Source: Vicinamibacteria bacterium (GTDB lineage Bacteria > Acidobacteriota > Vicinamibacteria > Marinacidobacterales > Marinacidobacteraceae). Taken from it: a stretch of DNA of 64,000 nucleotides. The position numbers were made by a program, and so were the translations under genes. Below the pieces are notes generated by a model. The model was not told where the DNA came from. It searched no databases and saw only the letters and a program-made list of their open reading frames with translations. The stretch spans positions 1,280,001-1,344,000 of the forward strand of contig OY821641.1 of assembly GCA_963555995.3 (NCBI GenBank), written 5' to 3'. Below are positions 45,326-55,150 of this stretch, piece by piece. The stretch's first letter is position 1. Every line of letters begins with the position of its first letter.

Positions 45326-45998
45326 GGCTCGAACGGAACTCTATTCCGGTCGCCGGGTGCTCGGCCTCGACGAGGCGGGACGCGGCGCCGCGCTCGGGCC
45401 GATGGTGGTCGCCGGGGTGGTGCTGGACCCCCTGAAGGCAGGCGCCCTCACCCGGCTGGGCGTGCGCGACTCCAAGCAGTTCGGCGCGGGGGAGGCCGCG
45501 CGTACCCACCGCCGGGCGCTCACCGCGCACATCGAGCGGCTCGCGGAGGAGATCGTGACCCGGGTGCTGGACGCCGCCGAGGTGGACCGCTACGCCGAAG
45601 CCGGCGACCTCAACGTGCTCGAACGCCGCGCCGCCGACGAGATCCTGCGCGAAGCCGGCCCGGTCCGCCGGGTGGTGGCCGATGGCCATCGCCTGTTCGC
45701 GGCTCTCCGCCAGCGCTATCCCCACCTGGAGGCGGTGGACGACGGCGAGTCGCACCACGTCGCCGTCGCCGCCGCCAGCGTGATCGCGAAGGATCGCCGC
45801 GACGCGCTCCTCGAAACCCTCATGGCCCCCTACGCGCCCGACTACGGCGCAGTGAAGGGCGGCGGCTACGTCAACGCGGCCACCGAGCACTTCCTCCGCG
45901 CCCACCACGAACGCACCGGGAAGCTCCCCCCCGAGACCCGCCTGAGCTGGAACTGGGACGTCATCCGCGAACTCCGCGGCGCCCCGAAGCTGTTCTGA
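45324..45998 (+). CDS. rnhB: Ribonuclease HII
   Basis: GLDEAGRG..LGPMV, VRDSK, VADG, VAAASVIAK..RD. Confidence 0.9.
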   Translation: MARTELYSGRRVLGLDEAGRGAALGPMVVAGVVLDPLKAGALTRLGVRDSKQFGAGEAARTHRRALTAHIERLAEEIVTRVLDAAEVDRYAEAGDLNVLERRAADEILREAGPVRRVVADGHRLFAALRQRYPHLEAVDDGESHHVAVAAASVIAKDRRDALLETLMAPYAPDYGAVKGGGYVNAATEHFLRAHHERTGKLPPETRLSWNWDVIRELRGAPKLF

Positions 45999-46047
45999 GG
46001 CGACCCTGTCCCGGGACGCGCCGCGTCACTCCCGCTCGTTGCGCCGC

Positions 46048-46266
46048 CGGCTTGGAACGCCGGTCTCCGACCGGCACGCGCGGTGCTCCGCACCGCGCAC
46101 GTCGCAACCCCATTCGGAAAGGTCGGTTCCCGCCTCGGCGCGCCGTTGATCCACGGAGATGGCGTCGCCGGCCTGGAACGCCGACCTCCGGTCGGCATCG
46201 CGGGCCGGAGCCCCGCAGACGACGTGCCGCTATCCGCCTTGAGCGACAGACCGGCGTTCCAAACCG
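46048..46266. repeat. REP cluster between the convergent rnhB and UDG genes
   Basis: Copies at 46048-46077, 46173-46198 (GCCGACC-TCC-GGTCGGC variant) and an inverted half copy at 46248-46266. Confidence 0.8.
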
Positions 46267-46275
46267 GCGGCGCCA

Positions 46276-46881
46276 TCACGGCTGTCTGCCGACGCGCGCC
46301 GCCAGCGCGCGGATGTGCTCCCGCGCGGCGGGTTCCAGCGTGCGGTTGTAGAGGATCGCGGCCGGGTGGTAAAGGGTCACGAACTCGTGCTCGGGCCACG
46401 CCGGGAGGCGGAAGAAGCGGCCCACCCGGGCGCCGAGCGGGCCCTTCGCCCGTTCCGGAGCGAAGCGCCGGAGCGCGGTCGCCCCCATCAGGGCGATCAC
46501 GCGGGCGGGGGAGAGGGCGAGTTGGCGTTCGAGGAACGGCCGGCAGGCCGCCGCTTCCTCCGCACGGGGAGCGCGGTTGTCCGGCGGCCGGCACTTGACC
46601 ACGTTCACGATCAGCAGGTGCTCGTCGGTCGAGAGTCCGGCGGCGGCGAAGAGCGCGTCCAGCATCTTGCCGGCGCGTCCGCAGAACGCTACCCCCGCCT
46701 TGTCCTCCTCCGCCCCCGGTGCTTCCCCGATCGCGAGGATCGCGGCGTCCGGATTCCCGCGGTCCACCACGATGTGTGTCCGGTGCTCCGCCAGTGCGCA
46801 GCGCGTGCAGGCGCTCTCGCGGAGCCGCTTGCGGAACTCCGGATACCGTTCGGCCGCCATCACCGCGCGGAGCGGGTCCAT
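46276..46881 (-). CDS. Family-4 uracil-DNA glycosylase (4Fe-4S)
   Basis: CTRC.L, GEAPGAEED, NVVKCRPPDNR.P...C, YHPAAIL. Confidence 0.93.
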   Translation of the reverse strand: MDPLRAVMAAERYPEFRKRLRESACTRCALAEHRTHIVVDRGNPDAAILAIGEAPGAEEDKAGVAFCGRAGKMLDALFAAAGLSTDEHLLIVNVVKCRPPDNRAPRAEEAAACRPFLERQLALSPARVIALMGATALRRFAPERAKGPLGARVGRFFRLPAWPEHEFVTLYHPAAILYNRTLEPAAREHIRALAARVGRQP

Positions 46882-46900
46882 CCCCGGCCCGGGCACCGGG

Positions 46901-48472
46901 TCAGCCGCCCCGGTGCTCGCCGAAGACCGCCCGCAGCGCGTCGCTGATCTCGCCCACGGTGGCCAGCGCGGAGACGGCGCCCAGGATCGCCGGCATCAGG
47001 TTGCCGCCGCCCGACGCCACCCGGCCCACCTCGGCCAGCGCGGCGGCGGCCCGCGCTCCATCGCGCCGGGCGCGCAGCGCGCGGACGCGCTCCACCTGGG
47101 CGGCCTCCGTTTCCGCGTCCAGTTCGAACGGTTCGACGCGGCTTCGGTCTCCCTCCCGCCGGAACCGGTTCACCCCGACGACGACCTCGTCGCCGGCCTC
47201 CACGTCCTGCTGGTAGGCGTAGGCCGCCTCCTGGATGCGGGCCTGCACGAAGCCCGCCCGGATGGCCTCCACGGCGCCGCCGAGCCGGTCCACCCGCTCG
47301 ATCCACTCCACGGCTTCGGTTTCGATCCGGTCGGTGAGCGCCTCGATGGCCCAAGAGCCGCCGAGCGGATCCACGGTAGCCGCCACCCCGCTCTCGAAGG
47401 CGATCACCTGCTGTGTGCGCAGCGCCAGTTCGGCCGTCTCCTCGGTCGGGAGCCCGAGCGCCTCGTCGAGCGCGTTGGTGTGGAGCGACTGGGTCCCGCC
47501 GAGCACCGCCGCGAGCGCCTCCAGCGTGGTGCGCACCACGTTCACCTGCGGTTCGAGGGCGGTGAGGGTGGATCCCGCGGTCTGGGTGTGGAACCGGAGC
47601 ATCTGCGCCCTCGGGCTCTCGGAGCCGAACCGGTCCCGCAGCAGCTTCGCCCACAGGCGGCGGGCGGCGCGGAACTTGGCCACCTCCTCGAGGAAATCCC
47701 GATGGGCGTTGAAGAAGAACGACACCCGGGTCGCCACCTCGTCCACCGGCAGCCCCCGCGCGACCGTCCACTCGACGTAGGCGAGGCCGTTCGCGAGGGT
47801 GAACCCCACCTCCTGGGCCGCGGTGCAGCCCGCCTCGCGCATGTGGTAGCCGCTGACGCTTACCGGCTGGAACCGCGGCAGCTCGCGCCGGCACCACTCG
47901 ATGAGGTCGGTGGCGAGCCGCATGGACGGCTCGGGCGGGTAGATCCACGTCCCGCGCGCCGCGTACTCCTTGAGGATGTCGTTCTGGACCGTTCCCGCGA
48001 TCTTCTCCGGCGCGGCCCCCTGACCCCGCGCCGCCGCCACGTAGAGCGCCACCAGGATCGGCGCCGTGGCGTTGATCGTCATGGAGGTCGAAACGCTGTC
48101 GAGGGTGATCCCGCGGAACAGCGTTTCCATGTCCTCGAGGGAATCAATGGCGACCCCGACCCGGCCCACTTCGCCGGCGGCCAGCGCGTGGTCGGAGTCG
48201 TAGCCGATCTGGGTCGGAAGGTCGAAGGCGACCGAAAGACCCGTCTGTCCGCTCTCCAGCAAGCGCCGGTAGCGGCGGTTGGACTCGGCGGCGGTGGCGT
48301 AGCCCGCGTACTGCCGCATGGTCCAGAGCCGTTCCCGATAGCCGGCGGCCCGGATGCCGCGGGTGAAGGGCGCTTCGCCCGGCCTGCCGGCCTTCGTCCC
48401 CGCGTCCGGCGCGTCGTCCGGGCCGTAGAGCGGCCGCAGGGGGCGGCGGGACCGGTCGGGCCGCGAAGTCAC
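46901..48472 (-). CDS. Methylmalonyl-CoA mutase family, substrate-binding subunit (no B12-binding domain)
   Basis: [50 protein letters not shown]; GTG start overlapping the upstream stop. Confidence 0.93.
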   Translation of the reverse strand: MTSRPDRSRRPLRPLYGPDDAPDAGTKAGRPGEAPFTRGIRAAGYRERLWTMRQYAGYATAAESNRRYRRLLESGQTGLSVAFDLPTQIGYDSDHALAAGEVGRVGVAIDSLEDMETLFRGITLDSVSTSMTINATAPILVALYVAAARGQGAAPEKIAGTVQNDILKEYAARGTWIYPPEPSMRLATDLIEWCRRELPRFQPVSVSGYHMREAGCTAAQEVGFTLANGLAYVEWTVARGLPVDEVATRVSFFFNAHRDFLEEVAKFRAARRLWAKLLRDRFGSESPRAQMLRFHTQTAGSTLTALEPQVNVVRTTLEALAAVLGGTQSLHTNALDEALGLPTEETAELALRTQQVIAFESGVAATVDPLGGSWAIEALTDRIETEAVEWIERVDRLGGAVEAIRAGFVQARIQEAAYAYQQDVEAGDEVVVGVNRFRREGDRSRVEPFELDAETEAAQVERVRALRARRDGARAAAALAEVGRVASGGGNLMPAILGAVSALATVGEISDALRAVFGEHRGG

Positions 48473-48915
48473 CGAGCCGGGTCTGACTCCGGGGCGCAGG
48501 CGAATTCGCAGACCAGTACCTGGTTGCCCCAGATTTCCGAACGCGACTGGTCGAGGGGACAGAGCTGGGTGAGCTCCTCCTCGAAGAAGAGCGGGCACTC
48601 CTCGGTCAGCGTCGGACGAAGGTCCTCCGGCCGGGCGATGGTCATTTCCAGCCGGCGGTTCACCGGTGTCCAGCCTTCCGCCTCGCCCACCGCCTTCAGG
48701 TCGCGGAGGAGCTGCTCGATCTGGCGGCGGGCGGTGGACAGCGGAACCTCGCGCTCCTGGACCCCGGCGAGGATGTCCCGGGCCCGTTCGCGCAGTTCGC
48801 TCACGGACGCCGCGGCCGAAGCGGGCCCGGCCTGGTCTTCGGCGGTCGGGCCGGCCGCAGCGAGCCCGAGCGCCGAACCGAGCGCGATGGCGGTCAGGAC
48901 GCGCAGGCGGCTCAT
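48469..48915 (-). CDS. Secreted hypothetical protein with four C-terminal Cys
   Basis: Signal peptide [13 protein letters not shown]; 4-nt overlaps with both neighbours. Confidence 0.65.
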   Translation of the reverse strand: MSRLRVLTAIALGSALGLAAAGPTAEDQAGPASAAASVSELRERARDILAGVQEREVPLSTARRQIEQLLRDLKAVGEAEGWTPVNRRLEMTIARPEDLRPTLTEECPLFFEEELTQLCPLDQSRSEIWGNQVLVCEFACAPESDPAR

Positions 48916-49877
48916 GTCTTGCGGCCCAGTTGCTGCTGAGGCTGCGAGGACGGGGGGTTCCACAGACCCTCGTCCCCGATCCGCGCGGCGAGCCAGGAGC
49001 GAAGCGGGACGTCTTCCGGTTGCGGCTGATACCAGCCGACCTCCGTCGAGCCATCCCCGAGGAGTTGCCGGAGCACCGGATCGCAGCGCTCGAGCAGCGC
49101 CGCCGGCATGGCCGTGTAGTCGAGCGGGCGCAGCCAGCGGTAGCTGTAGCCGAAGAAGAGCGCCTTGCGCACCACGCCGGAGGTGTTCTTGCCGTGCCGG
49201 TGCCAGAGCCGGCGGTCGAAGATCACCGCGTCGCCGGGGGAGGCTTCGAGGAGCAGCCTGCCGTCCCAGTCCGGGTCGTCGCACTCGGGAGGGGGGGCGT
49301 CGAGCCGGTGGCTCCCGGGGATCACTTCCATGGCGCCGCGGTCCGGGCCGCGGGTGTCGGTGAGCCAGTAGCCGACCTTCACCGACAGCCGGGGGGCCGG
49401 CCGCTCCAGCTCGAGGACCGGGCGGCCGCTGTCCTGGTGCCAGACGGGCGCCCGGCACTGCTGGCCGCCCCAGGTCTCCGGCGGGTACACCACCAGATGC
49501 GAGATGTAGAGCTGGATGTTCCAGCCCAGGATGTCCCAGACCTTGGGGAAGGTCCGGGCCCACGCCACCAGCTCGAGGAACGCCGGGTCGAAGCGGATGA
49601 CCGAGAAGCGGGACATCATGTCGCCGGGAGCAAGGTCCAGGCGCCGCCGCTCGCGTTCGTCGAGGCGGTCCACCGCTTCGAGGAGACGGGTCAGGGCGTC
49701 CGGGTCGAGCGCTCCGGGAACGACGAGATAGCCGTCGCGCTGGAAGGCCGCCAGTTCGCGCGGCGTGATGGCGTGGCGCAGATGCGCCTCGGTGAGGGCC
49801 TCGAAGGACGACCCGTCCACCGGAAAACGGATCGTGGACTCGGCCGTTTCGACCGGCGGAGCGACGAGTTTTCCCAC
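48912..49877 (-). CDS. Phytanoyl-CoA dioxygenase (PhyH) family 2OG-Fe(II) oxygenase (start uncertain)
   Basis: [29 protein letters not shown]. Confidence 0.88.
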   Translation of the reverse strand: MGKLVAPPVETAESTIRFPVDGSSFEALTEAHLRHAITPRELAAFQRDGYLVVPGALDPDALTRLLEAVDRLDERERRRLDLAPGDMMSRFSVIRFDPAFLELVAWARTFPKVWDILGWNIQLYISHLVVYPPETWGGQQCRAPVWHQDSGRPVLELERPAPRLSVKVGYWLTDTRGPDRGAMEVIPGSHRLDAPPPECDDPDWDGRLLLEASPGDAVIFDRRLWHRHGKNTSGVVRKALFFGYSYRWLRPLDYTAMPAALLERCDPVLRQLLGDGSTEVGWYQPQPEDVPLRSWLAARIGDEGLWNPPSSQPQQQLGRKT

Positions 49878-49940
49878 AGTTTCCGAGGGACTCGGGGTAC
49901 GAAGGAACCCCGGTGATTCCCGGCCGTTAGTATTGTCCAA

Positions 49941-50576
49941 GTGAGTCGCGGGCGTCTTTATCTGGTTTTCGTCTTCGCCTGGGCGGCGTTCCTGGCGCTG
50001 GGCGCCAGCATCTATCTCGGCCCCTACTTCGCGGCGTGGCAGATCCGCGAGGCGGTGGGCGCCGGGGACGCGGACACCCTCCACGACTTCGTGGATTTCG
50101 AAGCGGTTCGCGAAAACCTGAAGAGCGAACTGCGCCGCACGGTGGGTGCGTCCCGGCGGGCCCGGGATCGGCAGGACGCCGCGTCGGGAGACGGGGGATC
50201 CAGTGCCTCCGACGCCGAGTCCGACCTCGGCGCCGAACTCGCGGTCGCGGTCGGCGAGGCGATGATTGACCGTTTCGCGACGCCGGAGGGCGTGGACCGG
50301 GCTCTCCGGGACGGCCCGACGGTCGCCAAGGGTTGGTCCGCCTTCCTGGACCTCGGCGGAGAGTCGGGCGAGGCGGTCGAAGGGGCGGGCGGGGTGTCGG
50401 TGAGCGCCGAGTACGAGGGATGGAACGATTTCGTCGTCCGGCTGGGCGTCGAGCGGGACCCGCCCGAAGAGGATCCGCTCTGGGCCGACATCCTGTTCGA
50501 GCGCCGGGGCATCTGGGCCTGGCGCGTCACCGGCGCCCGGGTGAGCCCGGACGCGATCCCGTTGCTCACGCGTTAG
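49941..50576 (+). CDS. DUF2939-like membrane-anchored protein
   Basis: GPYFAAWQIREAV..GDA..L..FVDF..VRENLK; FERRGIWAWRVT. Confidence 0.75.
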   Translation: MSRGRLYLVFVFAWAAFLALGASIYLGPYFAAWQIREAVGAGDADTLHDFVDFEAVRENLKSELRRTVGASRRARDRQDAASGDGGSSASDAESDLGAELAVAVGEAMIDRFATPEGVDRALRDGPTVAKGWSAFLDLGGESGEAVEGAGGVSVSAEYEGWNDFVVRLGVERDPPEEDPLWADILFERRGIWAWRVTGARVSPDAIPLLTR

Positions 50577-51400
50577 GCGATCACCCGGGCGTTCGCCTCC
50601 TCGAGCGTCGGGATTCCCTCCGTTCCCGGGGATTCGACGCTGATCGCCGCCGCCGCGGCGGCGAGCCGGGCGGCGTCTTCGGCCGGTGCACCGTTCCATA
50701 GCCCCATGAAGAGGGCGGCGGCAAATACGTCCCCCGCGCCGGTGGGGTCCACTTCGGCGCCCGGCACGGCGGGAATCCCGGTAGCCGGGAAACCCGAACG
50801 GCGGAGCACCGCGCCGTGGCGGCCGCGGGTCACCGCGACGAGGGGAACGGGGAACTCCGCACCTTCCGGGAATTCGGCCTCGGACAGCGACAGGAAGTCG
50901 AGGCCGGCGAGTCTTTCGAGCGCCGCGGCCGACCAATGGATCGAAACCCGCCCCGCGGCGTCCCAGCGCCGGATCAGGCCCTGGGGCGCCGCGCCCGCGA
51001 GACCGCCCCGGCCCCGCGGCCGGGGCAGCGCGCCACTGCCTCCGAGTTCATCGGCGACCGGGGCGTAGAGCACCGCGGATCCGCGAGGAAGCTCGGCCAC
51101 GGTCCGGTGGATTTCCGACTCCGGAATCGTCGCGGCGCGACTCAGGACGGTCTGCTCCCGCGACCCGTCCGTCCGGTAGCGGTTTCGGAACCGGGTGCGA
51201 TTCCGCGAGCGCACCTGGCGCACCGGGATCCCGGCCAGCGCCTCGAGATACGGAAACGCGCCGTCCACCGCGGTGAGGATGGTGACCGGCGCACCGAACC
51301 GGGAGACCAGCAGGCCCGCGTAGGCGGCGGCGCCTCCGAGGCGCGGGCCTTCGGGCGTCACATCTTCGGTCAGGTGTCCGACGACCAGGACCCGGGGCCG
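50573..51400 (-). CDS. PfkB-family carbohydrate kinase (start codon not evident)
   Basis: VLVVGHLTED...GGAAAY, VTRGRHGA, VDPTGAGDVFAA. Confidence 0.85.
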   Translation of the reverse strand, partial: RPRVLVVGHLTEDVTPEGPRLGGAAAYAGLLVSRFGAPVTILTAVDGAFPYLEALAGIPVRQVRSRNRTRFRNRYRTDGSREQTVLSRAATIPESEIHRTVAELPRGSAVLYAPVADELGGSGALPRPRGRGGLAGAAPQGLIRRWDAAGRVSIHWSAAALERLAGLDFLSLSEAEFPEGAEFPVPLVAVTRGRHGAVLRRSGFPATGIPAVPGAEVDPTGAGDVFAAALFMGLWNGAPAEDAARLAAAAAAISVESPGTEGIPTLEEANARVIA

Positions 51401-51481
51401 GCCCCGCCTAGAATCCGGGTCCGGTCCGTCCCTCCCGCGCGCCGGCGCCCATCCGGTCTTCCCGGCGGCGGGCCGTTCCCC

Positions 51482-52057
51482 ATGCTCGTCTGGACTTCGC
51501 TCATCGCTCGCGACAAGCGGCGTTCGCTGCTCTCGCTCTCCGGCACCGTCCTGGGTGCGCTGTTCTTCGTCCACCTCGGGAATTTCTACGGGTGGACGCT
51601 GCCGTGGCTGATCGGTGGCGTCGTGGTGGCCCTGTTCCTCATTCGCTCGGCGGGCGCGACCGCCTGGTTCCTCAGCCGGCACCCCTTCTCGGTCTGTGAT
51701 CTTGGTCTCAGCGAGGCCGCGGTGCCGGGAGGAGTGATCCACTGCGCCGTCCGCATCGTGACAAGGCGGCCGGTCGAGATCAAGGAGGCCCGGATCACGT
51801 TGACCGCCGAGCGGCGTGACGCCGACGGGACGAGCCGAAAGGTGTTCTCGCAGGATCACGAACTCTGCCGGAGCGAGTCCGTTCCGGGCGAGGGCCGCTG
51901 GGAGACAGCGTCGCAAATCCCGGTTCCCGAGGACGCCCGGTTCTCCTATCGCTCCTTCGAGGGTCGCTTCCGCTGGTTGGTGCGCGCCCGGATCGAAACG
52001 CGCGACGACACCCTCGCCGAGGAGGAAATCGAGGTTCTCATCGCTCCGGCGGACTGA
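51482..52057 (+). CDS. Hypothetical membrane protein with an arrestin/SpoOM-like beta-sandwich C-terminus
   Basis: Two N-terminal TM; IPVPEDARFSY....FRWLVRARI; TAGAAT -10-like site at 51409. Confidence 0.6.
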   Translation: MLVWTSLIARDKRRSLLSLSGTVLGALFFVHLGNFYGWTLPWLIGGVVVALFLIRSAGATAWFLSRHPFSVCDLGLSEAAVPGGVIHCAVRIVTRRPVEIKEARITLTAERRDADGTSRKVFSQDHELCRSESVPGEGRWETASQIPVPEDARFSYRSFEGRFRWLVRARIETRDDTLAEEEIEVLIAPAD

Positions 52058-52084
52058 CGGCGTCCGCAGAGCGCCGGCGTCGGA

Positions 52085-52735
52085 TCAGAACCGCGCCTCC
52101 ATCACGAGGGCCTGGTAGCCGCGGCCCTTCAGCGCCCGGGCGGTCCGTTCGGCGTCCGCGCGCCGCTGGAAACGCCCGACCCGGACCCGGTGCACCCCGT
52201 CGCCACGCGTGATCTCGACCCCGGAGTAGCCGCCGGCGCGGAGTTCGCGGGAGAGTTCCTCGGCCGCGCCGCGCCGGCCGAAGGCAGCGACCTGGACGGT
52301 GAACGGAGTTCGAGTCGGGACGCGCTCCACCGTGAGCCGGACCCGCGCCACTCCCTGCCGGACGATGCCGAGTCGCCGCGCGGCCTCGTGGGACAGGTCA
52401 ATCACCCGCGCGCCGACGAAAGGGCCCCGGTCGTTGATGCGTACCCGGACCGCGGCGCCGGTCGCCAGGTTCGTGACCTCCACGATCGTGCCGAACGGCA
52501 GGGTGCGGTGGGCGGCGGTCAGCGCACCGGGGTCCATGGGTTCCCCGTTCGCCGTCGGGCGGCCCCGTTCCTCGATGCCGTACCAGGACGCCTCGCCGAC
52601 CGTGGTGAGGTCGGGAGGAGTCGCCGCCGGCCGGGTGGCGCCGGCGCAGCCGCCCGCGAGCAGCGCGAGGACCGCCAGGGATCGCGCGGGCGAGCGGCGG
52701 GGCCGTGACGGCAGGATCGAATCCGAAAGCCTCAT
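52085..52735 (-). CDS. rlpA: Septal ring lytic transglycosylase RlpA with SPOR domain
   Basis: AGGC lipobox; [28 protein letters not shown]; VQVAAF...VRVG. Confidence 0.93.
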   Translation of the reverse strand: MRLSDSILPSRPRRSPARSLAVLALLAGGCAGATRPAATPPDLTTVGEASWYGIEERGRPTANGEPMDPGALTAAHRTLPFGTIVEVTNLATGAAVRVRINDRGPFVGARVIDLSHEAARRLGIVRQGVARVRLTVERVPTRTPFTVQVAAFGRRGAAEELSRELRAGGYSGVEITRGDGVHRVRVGRFQRRADAERTARALKGRGYQALVMEARF

Positions 52736-53295
52736 TGCTTGTACCTCCGGGAGTCGGGACTCGCACCCCTCGGGATGGACAGCGACCGCCACGCGGGGGC
52801 GAAGGCCTTGGCCAGCAGGACGATCTGGCCGGTGTGGTAGGCAAGATGGACGACCTGCCGTTCGATGGCCTCCTGGACCAGGAACTCCTCTCCCCGGATC
52901 CGGACCGCGCGTCCGAGGTCGGCGGGGACGAGTGCGGCGAGGTTCGCTTCGAGCAGCGCGAACGCTTCCCGCCACTCGGCCAGCAACTCCTCCCGCGAGA
53001 GGTGGTCGCAGGGGTCGAACTCCGCTTCGCGGTTCCGGTCCGGCTTCTCCCCGTCCGTGGTGAGGAGCTCCGTCCAGCGCGACCGGATGTTCCCGGCCAG
53101 GTGCCGCATCAGGATCGCGATCGAGTTGGCGCCTTCCGACAAACGGTGGTGGAGCGCCGCCTGATCGGGCGCCTGCGCGATGGCCGCTTCGGCCAGGCGC
53201 CGCAGCCGTCCGAACTCGAAGCGGGCGGTCTCCAGGTACACCCGTCCCGCCGGCGGGCGACCTTCCGGGGCGAGGGCGGACAGTCGGGCGTTCAT
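52732..53295 (-). CDS. DUF1572 / DinB-like protein
   Basis: [32 protein letters not shown]; [10 protein letters not shown]. Confidence 0.9.
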   Translation of the reverse strand: MNARLSALAPEGRPPAGRVYLETARFEFGRLRRLAEAAIAQAPDQAALHHRLSEGANSIAILMRHLAGNIRSRWTELLTTDGEKPDRNREAEFDPCDHLSREELLAEWREAFALLEANLAALVPADLGRAVRIRGEEFLVQEAIERQVVHLAYHTGQIVLLAKAFAPAWRSLSIPRGASPDSRRYKQ

Positions 53296-53447
53296 GGGGA
53301 CGGGCCGGCGCCGGGTCCATGGTCACGAACCTTCATGCGATACTTGAAGCGCAATGTAGCAAATCCGGTTGATCGTTGCCATTCAAGGCCACGGCAGCCA
53401 TCGCCGGAGAGCCGGGCCGAGCGGAGCGTTCGGGTAGCATTTCCCTC

Positions 53448-54647
53448 ATGGAACCTGTTCCCCCGCTGTCGCGACGGCGGTTTCTCGGCGCCGTTCCCGT
53501 TGCCGCCGGCGCGAGCGCGCTGGCTCTCGAGCGCGCCGCCGGGCAGGGCGGGGGCGCCGTCTTCGGGAAGAGCGGCCTGCGGATCCTGAGCGAGCGGCCG
53601 GTGAACGCCGAGACCCTGGTCGCCGACCTCGATCCCCGCCACACGCCCAACGACAAGCACTTCGTTCGAAACAACGGCGGCGTGCCGGAGCGGGCGCTCT
53701 CCGGAAGCCTCGACGGCTGGTCCCTCCGCATCGACGGCGAGGTGGGCAATGTCCTGAATCTCTCGCTTGACGATCTCAAGTCGCGCTTCGAGAACGTGAG
53801 CCGGGCTCTCGTGCTCGAATGCGCGGGAAACGGCAGGGCGGCCTTCCAGCCGGGGGCGTCGGGCAACCAGTGGTGGCTCGGCGCGGTCGGCTGCGCGCGC
53901 TACACGGGCGTCCGCCTTGGCGACGTGCTGGATGCGGCCGGTGTGCTCGACACCGCCGTCTACGTCGCCTACTACGGCGAGGATCCCCACCTGAGCGGGA
54001 ATCCCGAAGAAGTCCCGATCTCCCGGGGCGTCCCGCTCTCCAAGGCCATGGACGAGTCCACCCTGCTCGCCTGGGAAATGAACGGCGAACCCCTGCCTCC
54101 GCACCACGGCTTCCCGCTCCGGGTGGTCGCCCCGGGCTTTCCCGCCTCGGCGAGCGGGAAGTGGCTGCGCCGCCTCTGGGTCCGGGACCGGGTCCACGAC
54201 GGCGCCAAGATGATGGGCTACTCCTACCGGGTGCCGCGGTACCCGGTCGCGCCCGGAACCGACGTGCCCGAGGAGGACATGGAGATCATCGGTCCCATGC
54301 CGGTGAAGTCCATCATCACCCGTCCCGAGACGGGCGTCCGCCACGCCGGCGGCGGGCCGCTCGCGATCCGGGGTTGGGCGTGGGCCGGTGACGGGCCGGT
54401 GAGCGCGGTGCACCTGAGCGCCGACTTCGGGACCACCTGGCTCCCGTGTCAGCTCGAGGAACCCGAGAACCCGTTCGCGTGGCAGCGGTTCGAGGGAACC
54501 ATCGCCTTCGACATTCCCGGCCACTACGAACTCTGGGCGCGCGCGACGGACCACCAGGGACGCCAGCAGCCCATGGTCGTGCCCGGCTGGAACCCGCGCG
54601 GCTACCTGAACAACGCGATGCACCGGATCGCGGTCACGGTGCTGTGA
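53448..54647 (+). CDS. Tat-exported sulfite oxidase-family molybdoenzyme (SorA/SorT-like)
   Basis: SRRRFL Tat motif; HFVRNN, LECAGNGR, MNGEPLP..HGFPLR, WNPRGYLNN. Confidence 0.93.
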   Translation: MEPVPPLSRRRFLGAVPVAAGASALALERAAGQGGGAVFGKSGLRILSERPVNAETLVADLDPRHTPNDKHFVRNNGGVPERALSGSLDGWSLRIDGEVGNVLNLSLDDLKSRFENVSRALVLECAGNGRAAFQPGASGNQWWLGAVGCARYTGVRLGDVLDAAGVLDTAVYVAYYGEDPHLSGNPEEVPISRGVPLSKAMDESTLLAWEMNGEPLPPHHGFPLRVVAPGFPASASGKWLRRLWVRDRVHDGAKMMGYSYRVPRYPVAPGTDVPEEDMEIIGPMPVKSIITRPETGVRHAGGGPLAIRGWAWAGDGPVSAVHLSADFGTTWLPCQLEEPENPFAWQRFEGTIAFDIPGHYELWARATDHQGRQQPMVVPGWNPRGYLNNAMHRIAVTVL

Positions 54648-54648
54648 G

Positions 54649-55053
54649 ATGAAACCTCTGCACCTCTTCCTTGTTGTCGCGCTGCTCCCGGCGGCCGCAT
54701 CCGCGGGCTCGGAGGAACGCCGCGTCCCGGCGCTTGCCTCCGGGCAGGAGAGCGACGGCCGGGCTCTCATTGACGAGAACTGCCTCTACTGCCACGACGA
54801 CAGCTACATCAGGGCGCTGAACCTCCCCCGTGAAGAGTGGGAAGGGGTGCTCGACATGATGATCGGGATGGGCATGCCGCCGCTCGATCCGGAAGTGCAG
54901 GAGCAGATCCTCGACTACCTCGAGGAAGAGCACGGCCCCCGGGAGAGCTCCCCGTCGCCCGGAGCCGGGGCGTCCGCGGACGCGGAGACGGAGGTCCTCC
55001 CCTGGGCGTTTCCACGCTACCGCCCCAACCCGCTCTACTGGCGGGAGCGTTAG
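54649..55053 (+). CDS. Monoheme cytochrome c (SorB-like partner)
   Basis: Signal peptide; CLYCH; W..VLDMM..MGM; starts 1 bp after the sorA-like gene. Confidence 0.85.
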   Translation: MKPLHLFLVVALLPAAASAGSEERRVPALASGQESDGRALIDENCLYCHDDSYIRALNLPREEWEGVLDMMIGMGMPPLDPEVQEQILDYLEEEHGPRESSPSPGAGASADAETEVLPWAFPRYRPNPLYWRER

Positions 55054-55054
55054 C

Positions 55055-55080
55055 GGAGCGCCGGCCTCCGGCCGGCATCG
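55055..55080 (+). repeat. REP-like palindrome variant
   Basis: GGAGCGCCGGCCTCCGGCCGGCATCG. Confidence 0.7.
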
Positions 55081-55150
55081 CCGACCGCAGGGAGGCGAAA
55101 CCGCAACCCTCGGGTGGGACCAGCGAGCCTTCGGGCTCCCCGCGGTCCCG

